Shown here: positions 1 to 12,249 of the stretch, one piece after another
Layout: each line of letters begins with the position of its first letter
How positions within the stretch are numbered: the first letter of the stretch is position 1
Origin: Octopus bimaculoides
Taxonomy: Eukaryota
NCBI RefSeq assembly: GCF_001194135.2
Contig: NC_068995.1
Coordinates: 22,273,741-22,337,740 of the forward strand
DNA length: 64,000 bases
Direction of reading: 5' to 3'
Notes under the pieces: model-generated
What the model was told of the DNA's origin: nothing
What the model saw: the letters and a program-made list of their open reading frames with translations, nothing else
Database searches by the model: none
Position numbers and translations under genes: made by a program

Positions 1-236
1 TATACATACACAAAGAAGCAAAGTTCACAAGTCATAAACACATACACACACATACATACACATATATACACACATTTTTCCACGTATACCTATGCATATG
101 TATATAAACTTGCACATGTATATGAACAGATGTACGAATAAGTAAATAGAGCAATAGCAGAACTAAAAATACTAAAACCCAGACCTTAATACCCGATCAT
201 AACAAAGTTCTGCTATAGGAGAAATGAACAATGAAA

Positions 237-1268
237 TTATCTAAACCAAAAATAAGTATGTTTGCGAAGGTGAACACATCTGAACCCATTACATGTTAGT
301 TTATTAATTAGTTTATGCTTAGAAAATAGAATAAAAAATATCTGAAGATTGCACAAGTTGCAATACCTCCTACCCTTATCGTATGGGAAATTCCTCCCTA
401 TAATAGACCATTCTAACGAAAAGTTCTTATTTTGTTCTTTTAACCCCCAAATAAACCTACTAAGACTAGTACTAGCTATTTTACTCCTATCTCTAAACGT
501 ATTAATGTGACAAGAAATTCTCCTACAAATCTTATCCGAAGAACTACCCACATAAACACTAACATCTGTATCACTCTTAACCTTACACCGATACACTATA
601 TTCCTTAATCTCACGTTCGGACCCTCAAACTTTAACCTCCTGGGATTAATCTCAGTTACCTCAATCTTAGAACCTATAATATCATTATCTAAGTGAGGGT
701 CCTCATCCCTATTCATTCCATTCATGCCTGTCTTAAGAACTTTAGAATTATGTGCTGCAATAATCTGCTCTAGGTTCTTAGTATTGGAAAAACCAAACCT
801 AACACTATGCGTATTAATAATTTTACCGTAACGCGAATTTGCAAGGAAATGCTTACTAATTACCTCCCTAAACTGAGCTACCAAATTCGACTTAACATTT
901 TTACCAAATGGTGAAATAAACCAAAAATAACCATCATTAATATTATTAAAGCCTTTTGCAAAATACCTAAAACATTTAGAATTACGCATGACATTATTAC
1001 GATTATATCTATGATCATAATTTTCTTTATTATTACTCCTAACCAACCTAAGCTTATTATTCCTAACATCCCTATCTACACTAACCTCACCAGATTCAGG
1101 TTCAACATAATAAACCTCATCTTTAAAACCAGCCCTATTTAGAGCTTCATTATAAAAAGGAGCTTCATTATCGAAAACAACACGATTAGCTGATAACTTA
1201 GAAAGCCCAATTGAAATATGTCTAACTAAATTATCAATAATACTTCTAGGGTGGTTACTCCATCTACT

Positions 1269-1271
<3 letters not shown>
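237..1271 (-). mobile_element. 5'-truncated Penelope-like retroelement ORF: RT thumb, linker and C-terminal GIY-YIG endonuclease (Neptune-like)
   Basis: About 345 uninterrupted codons. Motifs SNHPRSII, FYNEALNRAGF, WFISPF..NVKSNL and IIAAHNSKVL (PLE thumb/linker), then NIVYRCKV...VYVGSS...RISCH (GIY-YIG) and a C-terminal CNLC...CVH. The poly-Tyr and MTLYLQEE start of the predicted 237..1355 ORF are read-through into the (TAA)n tract and the pLTR. Confidence 0.9.
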
Positions 1272-1310
<39 letters not shown>

Positions 1311-1313
<3 letters not shown>

Positions 1314-1714
1314 TAGAAAGGATTGAGGTAACTCCTCCTGAAGATATAGAGTCAAAATTAAAAGAAGAGTGCCATTTGTTATCTAGTGAACGATATTTCG
1401 ACATCTCGTGTGTCTTCAACTGGTTCGAAATATCGTTCACTAGATAACAAATTGCACTCTTCTTTTANNNNNNNNNNAAATATCGTTCACTAGATAACAA
1501 ATGGCACTCTTCTTTTAATTTTGACTCTATATCTTCAGGAGGAGTTACCTCAATCCTTTCTATATGAACCAAAATGAAGTAGATTGACAAATTTATTTTT
1601 TGAACCAGTTGAAGACACACGAGATGTCGAAATATCGTTCACTAGATAACAAATGGCACTCTTCTTTTAATTTTGACTCTATATCTTCAGGAGGAGTTAC
1701 CGCAATCCTTTCTA

Positions 1715-1717
<3 letters not shown>
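1311..1717. repeat. Inverted plus tandem pseudo-LTR array (152-bp unit) typical of PLE insertions
   Basis: 1311-1426 is the reverse complement of 1602-1717 (one mismatch). 1427-1565 is a partial copy in the same orientation as 1566-1717 (period 152). Flanked by (TAA)n at about 1273-1312 and (ATT)n at about 1716-1748. 1428-1467 and 1478-1517 duplicate each other across a 10-N gap, probably an assembly overlap. Confidence 0.85.
1601..1641 (+). ncRNA. Hammerhead-ribozyme-like motif with variant core (second copy on minus strand at 1387-1426)
   Basis: TGAAC-CAGTTGAAGA-CACACGAGATGTC-GAAA-TA-TC-GTTCA: helix I TGAAC/GTTCA, a short helix II, GAAA, palindromic ATAT helix III and an AUC site. The first core segment is not canonical CUGANGA. 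Confidence 0.5.
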
Positions 1718-1748
<31 letters not shown>

Positions 1749-1754
1749 TAAAAC

Positions 1755-2400
1755 AACTTGAATTCAATCAAAATCAGTTGCTCTGATGAAATGGAATGTA
1801 GTACGTATCCGCTCTCATGTCACTCTTTCGGGTGACTTCGTTGATACGGGAAAGTTTGCTGAGCACTCCCAGTCATTCGCATCACCCAGAAAAATCCATA
1901 ACTGTGCTTCGTATGGCATAGCTGTTTCTCGCCATGAATTGCTGCCTCCTGTTATGTAGAATGTTGATTGAGACTTTGTTGCTCTAGATTTCACTTTGCC
2001 GTACTTATCATGTGTATGATCTCCTTAAGCACTGACTGTGATCCTACATATATCCTTTTTAGCCTAGTGCTACTTAGCAGGTGCTCAGCAGCGATCCATT
2101 GTCAGTCTACACCAGCAGAGTGGGCACTCAGGGATATCTGATTTTCCCTACTTCTCTGGGTTCTTATTCAAAAGCAAGAGATCATAGACATATCTGAGGA
2201 TAACATCCACCTTATCAGGGCCCCGCAGTACATGGATATATTCATGCATTCTTGATGGAATCCCCCCATCGAAGATAACGTATAACAGTCTAGCTTCTGC
2301 GGAGTGACCTGCTCAAGCTATTTGTTCATTATTATAATGCCGCACATTAGGCTACTCCCTTCATTAAATCTGCAATTTTCCAACACCTTACCTGTCGAAA
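1755..2400 (-). mobile_element. Decayed HERO-like non-LTR retrotransposon C-terminus (zinc knuckle and restriction-like endonuclease)
   Basis: Hand translation with stops and frameshifts gives VILRYVYDLLLL...GKSDIPECPLC, EHLLSS, GDANDW, DMRADT and EQLILIEF. These follow the order of HERO motifs LRxVYDxLP, WGKxxxPxCPLC, EHILSxC, DW, LRPD and LIELT. Confidence 0.65.
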
Positions 2401-2530
2401 TGATAGCAGAATAACGTGAAATCAAGTGTTTCCTCACGAACAAAATGCGCCGTGCCTAGTTCGGGAACTGAGCCTACTATCTGGTCATCGTGAGTGTAAT
2501 ACTCTAACCGCCTTTCTTCATATATATATA

Positions 2531-2664
2531 CTAGGTTGAGGAAAAAGTTCCTGCACCGTGTTAAAACGAACACACACACCACAAAAATGAACATACACAC
2601 CACAAAAATATATTTTAAAAAAGCATTATTTTAATACGGTGCACGAACTTTTTCGTCAACCTAA
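2531..2664. mobile_element. 134-bp mariner-derived MITE
   Basis: Terminal inverted repeats CTAGGTTGAGGAAAAAGTTCCTGCACCGTGTTAAAA (2531-2566) and TTTTAATACGGTGCACGAACTTTTTCGTCAACCTAA (2629-2664), 32/36 matched. TA on both sides. The TTAGGTTG start resembles mariner TIRs. Confidence 0.85.
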
Positions 2665-5289
2665 TATATATATATATATGTATGTGTGTGTGTATGTGTG
2701 TGTATGCATGCATGTGTGTGTATCTATGTACGTATGTGTATATTTGAAGCTCGAAATGGAAAAGAACATCTCACAAATCAAAAATGTATGAGACACCGTT
2801 GTCTAACATAAAAATATTTTGTCTTATCTTTAAGTCAGCTCACTCCTATTTTTTTTTTTTAAGGCATTTATGTCCATAACATGCACAAAAGACATTCTTC
2901 CTCTAAATTAATCTCTGATCCCACTAACACACCTTTTACTCTCCGTACTTTACATTATGAACTTACTTACATTCACACTGAAATTTGAATGCTTCAATAA
3001 TTGTAGATATTTCTTTCCTGAAATTGATGAAAAACTCGGCTAATAGTTGTTTATGTCTATTTTCTTATTTGCAAATGCCATTTCATTTGTCCGTTTGTTT
3101 CCTGTCACATACCTCAAAATGTCCACTTAGGAAAACCTTTTTAAACCTTCTTTTTTTCTGTTACATTAACAAGAAAATGCAGAAATGCTAGGAATTCGGA
3201 ATAGACAATTCCATTCAGCTGTTTCGTGTATCGTTACAAAAGAGCCGCAATAGAATTAATTCAACAGCAAAAGAAAATTAGACGAGTAGAAATTACATGT
3301 TGGAAGACATTGATGGTTTTTAGTTTAGTTCTATTTCTCTTTTTCATTTTGGAATATCCTCTTGAGAAAATAAAAAAAAAATGAGTCATTTTAATTATAA
3401 CATGTTCTTCAGCAGGATTGTCACATGAAATTTCTAAACTCTTTCGATGACATTTTTATAACCAGGCTCCATTTGGAGTGACTCCAGATGGTGTGAGAAT
3501 CAGCCTGGATATTGGTTTTTAATGACATAATTACTGGAATGAGCTGATAGGAACACAGGTTGTTTTTTTTTTCTTTATTTTAATGGTGTTCAAATACCAC
3601 TCTGTTAGCAGGAATTTTTTGACAGACTGAAAGTATAATTTTCAGCCAATGTATCGCCATATATTTTCGATACAACTGGAGATACAGTAATTCCTATTGA
3701 TATATATGAAGCAATGCACGTAAAACATTGTTGTAGAATTTAAAGCGAATTTTAAAATTTTACATAAAAGTATGTTTCACTAATCTATTTTGTTTATGAT
3801 TTATATATTTGGACGTATCATTCTACAGCTGCCTTACTCTCAGACTGGATATTATATTTTCACAATGAATAATATTTAACGTGGTCTATACATTATTACT
3901 AAAACAAAACAAAAACAATTACGTGTCCCCAATGATAAAATTTACCAGATTGCTACTGCGATTAGTTGTTAAATGTCCAATACTACGGATACACCGACTT
4001 CTGCCGTCACAGCATATATTAGCTCAGTTATTGTTGTGTCTGTTTTAGTTCACGTATCAAAATATTTTGCTTTTGAATTCTCCTGATTTGTGATTACATG
4101 TAGTATTGTAAATTACAGGATTATCCTACAAGTATTTAAGACAATTCCGCCAAGGTTTACTTTGCCTTTCATACCTCGACCCCGGATATTCTGGCCTTGT
4201 TCCTAAATTTGAAAACAATATATATCAGAATAGCATTTACTTAGACATTGTTTATTTACTAATTGCGTTAAACCTCACTTTACTTCACTTACGGAAATTC
4301 TGAGGCCTTCATACTATAGAGGGAAAGGTTAAAACTTTATACTGAATTTACCAATGAAGCTGACAGAATTTCTCTCATTGCATTTGCGGTTTATGAAATA
4401 TAATGAGACTAAGAAACTTATCTGATTTAATTAGCAATAATAACATTTGCTTTGAAATTAGAACTTTATTCTGCTCTTAAATTACAAGATTACATTTCTC
4501 TTCAGCTAGCAAATATTTCCGGTCCTCTTTAATTGCTTATCTTTTCGTTAAATTCTTCTTCCTTTGAAATGTTTCTTAAAAAATAGGAAAGCTACCACGA
4601 TTTAAAACTTTTATTTAAGCATCGAGATTATTCGATGGACATATATAGAGTCATGGGAAAAACCATATAGGTAAATTCAAGAATATTACTTGTGATATGA
4701 TATTGACCTTTGAGATATAGTTGTCTTTGTGGACCAGTAAATATAGAAATAAGAGCAGAGTTTTGTCAAAATGACATGTGCTTAGCAAGTATGAGTATTG
4801 ATATCAGAAATCTTATATCTCAAAATAATTATATCATTGGTGTCGAAGTTTGGCTGTTTCATTTCTGAGAGTAGGAACTTAATTTTAAACTTTTAGTTGC
4901 AGAGTTGCAGTGAATGGAACAAGTGTAATCAAAAACAATAGTGGGTACTGGAAACTGCACCACTAGGGGCACCCCACGTTGCATCTCGGATGATTGTAGA
5001 AAACATTGCATCGTTTTCAACCTAATGGAGTTACATAAACTATTGTCTTACCATGTCAAGTAGTCAATATAGTTGGAAAGTGGTTTAGGGCTAAATAGAG
5101 AGAAATAAAGAGAAAAGGTCGAAAGATAATGGTCTTACAAAGAAATGAGTACAAGGTACATGAAGATATCTACATTCTTGTAATGTCAAACAGTTCTCAT
5201 TTGGTCCACTAGATACGTTAAAATTATTAGTCTGTACTTTACGAAAATAATAATTTTCAGGTAGATTTCAAGAGGAAAGCAAACTATAG

Positions 5290-6150
5290 AATTGTGTTAA
5301 AGACAATATTCAATAGAGTATGAGAAATTCTGAAAGAGCTGCTTATGAAACAATGACTAATTGTCGCACAGATCAAAGAAAATGCCACTCAAACAAATAA
5401 TTGGTCTAGTCATAATAATTATCAAGAACAAGGTGAAAAAGCTGATGATTATAACAGAAATCAACCATGTCATGTATGTGATCGTTTCAGGCTTCGTTGA
5501 CTCAGAATTCAAACTGGGAGAAAGGAAACAAATAAAAGAAAAACTCGATATCACACAGAAAGATGATACCTAAATAAACAAAGAGACCCTGAAGCAATAG
5601 ATTAAAGCATATACAGAGATACAGGAGATTCCACAAAAGCAAGCTCTTCAAACTAAATAAGATTTTTAAAGAAAACGCCAATTATTATTTGAGGTTGAGA
5701 ATAATACTACAACTATCAGTGAACCATCTGCTATTAATGGATCAAAGGACATGTAGAATAAGGTCTGGGTGAAGATAAGAAAACAGAGCGTAACAATTAC
5801 TTATATCCAGCATCAACAAAGCCAACTCAATCACATAAAGATTTTTAGAAATGCCAGATATCAATATCGCTAAGACCATTGAGTTATAAGCATGACTAAC
5901 GTCTAGAGCTGTCTATGGAGAGATCGATAGCTAACTTCTGGATCAAGTCCTGACTAGCATCCCCGAAGACCACACGCGCAAATCATCAAGAATATAAAGA
6001 TATCCCTAGTGTGGCTCACAAACCAACTACCAAAGAGAGGAGCGTAGCGAAAAATGAGCAATTATTGATGTATTGCCTGCAAAGCAACAATGTGCAAGAT
6101 TATCATCACTTTCATCTCCGGTAAGATCTATACATTCAACGAAATATTGT
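5290..6150 (+). mobile_element. Highly decayed, internally deleted R4/Dong-like LINE fragments
   Basis: NHLLLMD at 5722-5742 (cf. NHLLFMDD), a KQxIKA-like pre-RT segment near 5590-5650 and a KHD-like motif near 5890. Many stops. Confidence 0.4.
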
Positions 6151-6298
6151 CTCTTGCAGAATCAAAAGGTTATAATAAATGAAGCTCTGAATCCATCATT
6201 TTATTTGATTTAAAATTGCGATCAAAGTTTTAGACATAGCACTGGTCGTGAGTGACATCTACTTTCGAGTTCATATTCCCTATTGTCAGCATACATAC

Positions 6299-6464
6299 TG
6301 TTATGTCTCAACGCTACTGCTATCTAGGACCTTCGGATGATCTCTACTCAGCCGCTACACAACTGCTACTCGACTGCTACTCAACACTCCTACCATGGCC
6401 AGACTACCTCTATTTATATGACTTGCGAGATCCTACTTCTTCGCCTAGGGGCGTCGACACAACA
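6299..6464 (-). mobile_element. Candidate 166-bp solo LTR
   Basis: Ends TGTT...AACA with 8/9 inverted termini (TGTTATGTC / GACACAACA). Identical 5-bp CATAC flanks at 6294-6298 and 6465-6469. TATAAATAG on the minus strand. GC-richer than its flanks. Confidence 0.55.
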
Positions 6465-6849
6465 CATACATACATATACATACATACATGCATACATACA
6501 TACATACATACATACATACCTATATACAAACATACATACATACATATATACAAACATACATACATGCATACATACATTTAGACAGACAGACAGACAACAT
6601 GCACAAATACAGTAGTGGAGAATGTGTGTTTCAGTTGTAAATTATCTGTAATCCTTTTTCTTTGAATATTTTTCGAAGCGACTCTCAAATATTGAAAGCG
6701 AATAAGCGTTCCCAGTAAAGCCGTAATACAAGAGGGCGAATCAAGAAGAAGAACGTCGCAACAACTTTGATCTAGCGTGCCACATTTCTGGTTAGACAAG
6801 TCCTTCAAGGCCTCCACAGATTCTGCTCAGCAAGTGTGAAATTCAACTT

Positions 6850-7190
6850 TTAAAAAATCAAAAAAATTTGAAAGACCAATCTGAATATGTACCATACAGA
6901 TGAGTTACTATTATTGAGATCATTGAAAGAACTCGCTACCAGCACCCTTCTACCCTGCACTATCATCATGCAATGAACGACCCATCCTATGGGAACAATT
7001 CCAAGACTAATTAGCCGAACAAGGAGTACAATCATTAGAACAGTGTACACACCATCGTCACGATCAAGAGACGACATCAGAGTTGATGGGAGACAAAGGG
7101 ATGGCCATGGTAGACATAGCCCTAAAACATACGCAGCAAGATACGCACACGCGAAGGTACATGTCTCTTATAACTTGATCTGATTGCGCC
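6850..7190 (+). mobile_element. Possible very decayed Tc1-like transposase C-terminal remnant
   Basis: Fragments IIMQ*NDPS, LAEQGVQSLE and SPKTY...YNLI loosely follow the Tc1 QDNxPxH / GVxVLEW / PKTxxEL layout. Weak. Confidence 0.3.
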
Positions 7191-8619
7191 TAACAGGTTG
7201 AAAGCTATTTACACTAACAATATTTCTAATGACGTACAGTTTGAACATCACCATGTAGAATATTAATGCAATCCAGGGGTTTGACACCAAGAAAGTATCA
7301 TGCTGGCGGCAATAGAGAAGAATAGAGAAGTTTCACCTCACGAATGCAGATGTCAACGTTTATCCATGCTATGCACCGATCAACATCGACATCTTAGTCC
7401 CTGGAGTGGTTTACATAATTTCAATCTAATAAAGTACCTTTTCTATTTCTTTATCTCTAGGCACACGCACTCACATACACACGCACACATACACGCGCGC
7501 ACGCAAACACACAGACCGGACCAACAACCCCCAACACACGCACACAATCGGAGAATCGCTCGTCATTTGTAATACAATTGCATATTCACAAATCAATGCA
7601 TACAAAGAAAGCTAGCTCATCAGATCTTCAGAACATCGTGGTTTACAGTCAGAGTTCTACTATAAATGTACAGCAAAGTATTCGTTCTTTATATTTACAT
7701 TGTTTGAAAAGCAAAGCTCAACAAAATGACGTTGATTAGATCAGTAGATATAATTTTTACATAGTGACATTAATACTACATGTGCAAGATTGCGAAACGG
7801 CCGTAGCACTACGGAAATCACGTGATTAAATAAATTCGCCTCTCATACTATCTGACAAATAGAAAGAGAGAAAGATAGATATATAGACAGATTGATAAGT
7901 AGATTCACACACACACATATAGTCATACACACAGCCAACCAGCTAGACAGCCAGACAGTCAAACTGTCAACATGCACACACACACACATATACATATTGC
8001 GGAGGTGTATGTCCATTTGTGTGGTACATAAACTAATTCCTTTTTCTTCTCTTTGTACGACTTTTGTTTATAGCAACTTTGCAAACGCTATATACTGCGA
8101 ATAAGGCTTGCCAATATTGTAATTAGTTTAGCATTTGATTTGCTGGTCAGCTGAACTAATTTCTTTTGTGGAACTAGTCTTTGTGTATGCCTGCAGCTAG
8201 TTGTAAATCATTAAACTCTGATATAATTGTGGATAGACTAGCATCAGTTTTCAATGTTTCAATAGTTAATATCAAATATTTATACACGACTGCTTCATAT
8301 GCTTCCATTTAGTGTTATTTCTTAATTTGAAAAATTATATAATATTTCTAATCATTTAAGGTTAACACAACTCGTAGACTAATACAAGATGAGCCGTTAA
8401 ATATATCTGAAGTATTTAGTATGCTTGTCTTACATTCGGTGTTTTTTTTTCATCTAAATGTTTTATTTATTTTTTGCATCACTTCAAAATATTCAAATTA
8501 AATACTGGTAAAACAAATTGATTTAGCACCTAAATGAAGTGTATCATCCTCAAATTACACTCTAATTAATTATTAAATAAATACTGATGAAGTGTTGTTA
8601 TGCACAATGCTAACAGAAA

Positions 8620-9535
8620 CCAAAATGACATGTGAATTTACTACATTCAACGTGATTTTAGAGAATCTACGTATTTCTTATGACAACTTTCATAAGTTCT
8701 TTGCAACTCCACGTCCAAATACTTGCAAGGTAAAATTGAAAGTGACTTGTCAATAATGAACGTCTTTTTTTTAACTGATGTAGACTATTCTGATGATTTA
8801 GCCTTGCTCTGTGACACAATATAAAACTCAACCCAGTTACTTTATAGTCTAGAAATAGCTACACATTATGTTGGACGATTTGTTAGTCCTCGTAAAACAG
8901 ATTTCGTTGCTTAATCAACAAGAATCGTTCACCAATACCAACAGAAACCCCATCAATGATTTTGATTATTTTACGTATATCGTTTCTGAGACAGCCTCAA
9001 TTGAGAAGAGTTTAAAAACCCGGATAGCCAACGCATGGTTGAACTAAAACAAATTGGATGTTGTCTGGAAATCAACCCTATCAGACAACCTTAAATGGAA
9101 TTTTCCCATGCGACGGGGAAGCCAGTCTTTATGTATGGGGCAACAGCCTGGACACTTACAGAAAAACTAGAAGGCAGGCCAGATGTAACCTACACACAAA
9201 TATTAATATCTATCTTAAACATATTTTGGAGAAGTCGTTCCTCCAAGAAACAGGTGCATAGAAATACCCTGCCTTTTTCCACCACTAACAGAGAAAGTAG
9301 CTTGTCGTTTGCGGTTCATTACTGTCTAGTTAAATAAGAGCTAGCAAGTGACCTACTGGGATTGACGCCAAAGCACAGGCGTACGCGATCAAGTCGTTCG
9401 AACATAGTATCGTATGTAGATCAATACACCAGTGCTACTGGATGCCTACCCGAAGACCTTCCTCAACCAACACAGGACCGAGATGGATGGCGCGCGTGCG
9501 TTACAAATTTTCCCGTAAGCTCGACCAGGTGATGA
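8620..9535 (+). mobile_element. 5'-truncated RTE-clade LINE (RT C-terminal half), frameshifted
   Basis: TDVDYSDDLALL (YSDD at 8786-8797), DFDYF, RIANAW, FMYGATAWTLT, ILNIFW and a QDRDGW-like end are typical RTE RT motifs. Confidence 0.85.
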
Positions 9536-12249
9536 TAAATATTGAAGATAACGACAAATATATTTCACTTAACTAACCTAGAAAGAGACGTATTCATATA
9601 ACAAAATCGTTCCCGAAACATATCACTATTTAGCTTCATACAGTTTGTGCGCTGCAGAAATCAAAGTTTTAGAGGGATAACTATATAAATTGTTTATTTG
9701 CTCTTATATCAAAATAAAAGGTTCAAAGGACATGTTTTCTTTTCAAAACAAAAAGGGTATAAGTTAATCAAGAAATGTAATGTATTGTTAGATGCCATCG
9801 ACAGTGTTGATATTGTAGTGTTACAAGTTGAGGTGGAAAGCTTATAGCTTCTAATGATCATTTGCTCAGAGGCAATATGTCAAAAGTTATTTCAATGAAT
9901 TGCACCTTACTTCAAGAAAGTGAAAGGGCTATTAAACAAATGCTGGTGACTTTAAAATATATTTCTGATTAGAATACAGTTAAAGAATAGCGAGATAGAA
10001 GGTTAACTTTTCTGTGTCCTCGTGACCCAACCAATGGAAGGATCTGCAACTGTAAGTATATTGTATTTTGCACAAAGGCAGCATTTGTTTGTGGCAGTCA
10101 ACATAGCAAGGTGTGATAGAGAGAGAGAGATATATATCTAAAAGGGAAAACGATTAGACATCTAATAAATAATCTAAAGATAATGATAATATTAGGTCAC
10201 CATCACTGAGAACACTGTCCATAATGATTTTCAAGACAGCAATTACTATTCTAGAAATCCCTTTCCTGTCACATACGTAGGTGCGCAAATGCGCACATAT
10301 ACATGCATACATAATTATGAATGTGTATATATATTCCAAAATATACTTAACTGTACCTTGGATTTCACACATTTTCCAATATATATATNNNNNNNNNNNN
10401 NNNNNNNNNNNNNNNNNNNNNNNNNNNNNNNNNNNNNNNNNNNNNNNNNTATATATATATATATATATGCATATACATATATAAACGCTCATACGCACGT
10501 GTGTGTGCGCGTGCGTGTGTGGGTGTATCTGTGCGTGTGTGTATGTTTGTGTGTGTGAGTGTAAATATATATATACATATAGATATACATCTGTGTGATT
10601 TTGTGGACATGCGCACAAACATGTCTGTCTTCACATATGTATGGTCCTTGAATTCCACTGAGTTGTTTGAATAATATTTTCGATTCTTAATAGAATTGCG
10701 TTTGGAAATAACTCTCTTTTTCGACTACTTCCAGCCTATTTTCGCAACCTTATATCATCAATACTGCCAAGTATTGCTCCAGGAAATTTAGTTTCCTCTC
10801 AAGAATATACATAGTCTTCCTTCCAATTCGAAGCAGTATTTCTCTTTTTAAAAGATTACTTGCCAGACAGAAATATGGAATATTCATCACCAATCTTACG
10901 CTGCACTTTCGAAACACTTATCGATATTCAGACACTCAGCAAATCGATCGAACAAGTCCTCTTTTAGAAACAATCTAATCAATACATTTTACATTGCCTT
11001 TATCCCGGCCTATACAGATATTAATGTTCATACATGCAGACGTGCTTTCAAATGGCTCATTTATATGTTACAACACTTTATCTTTGTATTTGTTTGTTCG
11101 CCATAAATTCTGTCTTTATATATATATANNNNNNNNNNNNNNNNNNNNNNNNNNNNNNNNNNNNNNNNNNNNNNNNNNNNNNNNNNNNNNNNNNNNNNNN
11201 NNNNNNNNNNNNNNNNNNNNNNNNNNNNNNNNNNNNNNNNNNNNNNNNNNNNNNNNNNNNNNNNNNNNNNNNATATATATACTTAAACGCACTTATCTTT
11301 TTGAAATTCTTTATTTTGATTTTCCTTTACAGTTAAAATTAATCGTAAACGTGGAAAGGAAGAGACATTTCCCAGCAGCAAATCTGACAATCGTATTAAA
11401 TGCTACTGATGGAAGTGAAATTTATGTTCCGACACAATTTCTTTAATTCGTCTATTAGTCTTTCCTTTCGGGGTGTGTTAATTTAATTTCTACTTTCTAA
11501 GATCCCATTTTAAGTATGCTGCCATCTAATAGCGATCCTGATGAAATCAGTTCACAATAGAGAATCCATCAATTAGCTAATCGCTCACATCATACAGATT
11601 ACCGCTCAGTAACACATACATATTCGCTGTCCACTTCACACATACGATAAATCACATATCACATCTGATGACTTCAGTCTAATTAATCATTTTCTCTCCA
11701 CTTCACTAATGTTCTCATTTTTCATTTCATCCTTATTCAAATGACAATATCTAAATGCCTTGCATAAGGGTTCAAGCTATCTAATACATTTCGCAGTGAT
11801 CACGTTTATAAATTCAAATTATTTTGATATAAATAAAACTTTTCATAAATCTTCGACGAAGAAATTTGCATTTTCTCGTATATAATCAATCAGTTCTCCT
11901 TCAATAACAAGGTCATATTCAACGAAAAATTAACGTGACGAATTGCAACATGCTAATAACATGATGTATTACAAGTCATTGTAACCCATTGTAAATTATT
12001 GATCTTAGCTTCAATATTAAAAGTTGGGGAACTAATATTCAGCACAGAAGAAATATGTTAACAAGATTTGGTATCGAAATATAGAGGATATACATATACA
12101 TACATCCCTACACATCTTTTCTCTCTGTTCATTTTTGTTTTTCGTTCTCTCTCGATTTTTTTACCACTCAGCCCCTTCTGCAGTTAAGAAGGATGTAGAA
12201 GTTTGTACATACATACACACATACACATACAAACACACGTATAAGTCCA

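Noticed and set aside
1272-1355. N-terminal MTLYLQEELPQSFL-polyTyr of the PLE ORF
   Set aside because: Read-through from the pLTR and (TAA)n tract; not a plausible protein start.
4709-4824. 11-bp inverted repeat TTTGAGATATA / TATATCTCAAA
   Set aside because: Short, AT-rich, no TSD; could be chance or an old repeat remnant.
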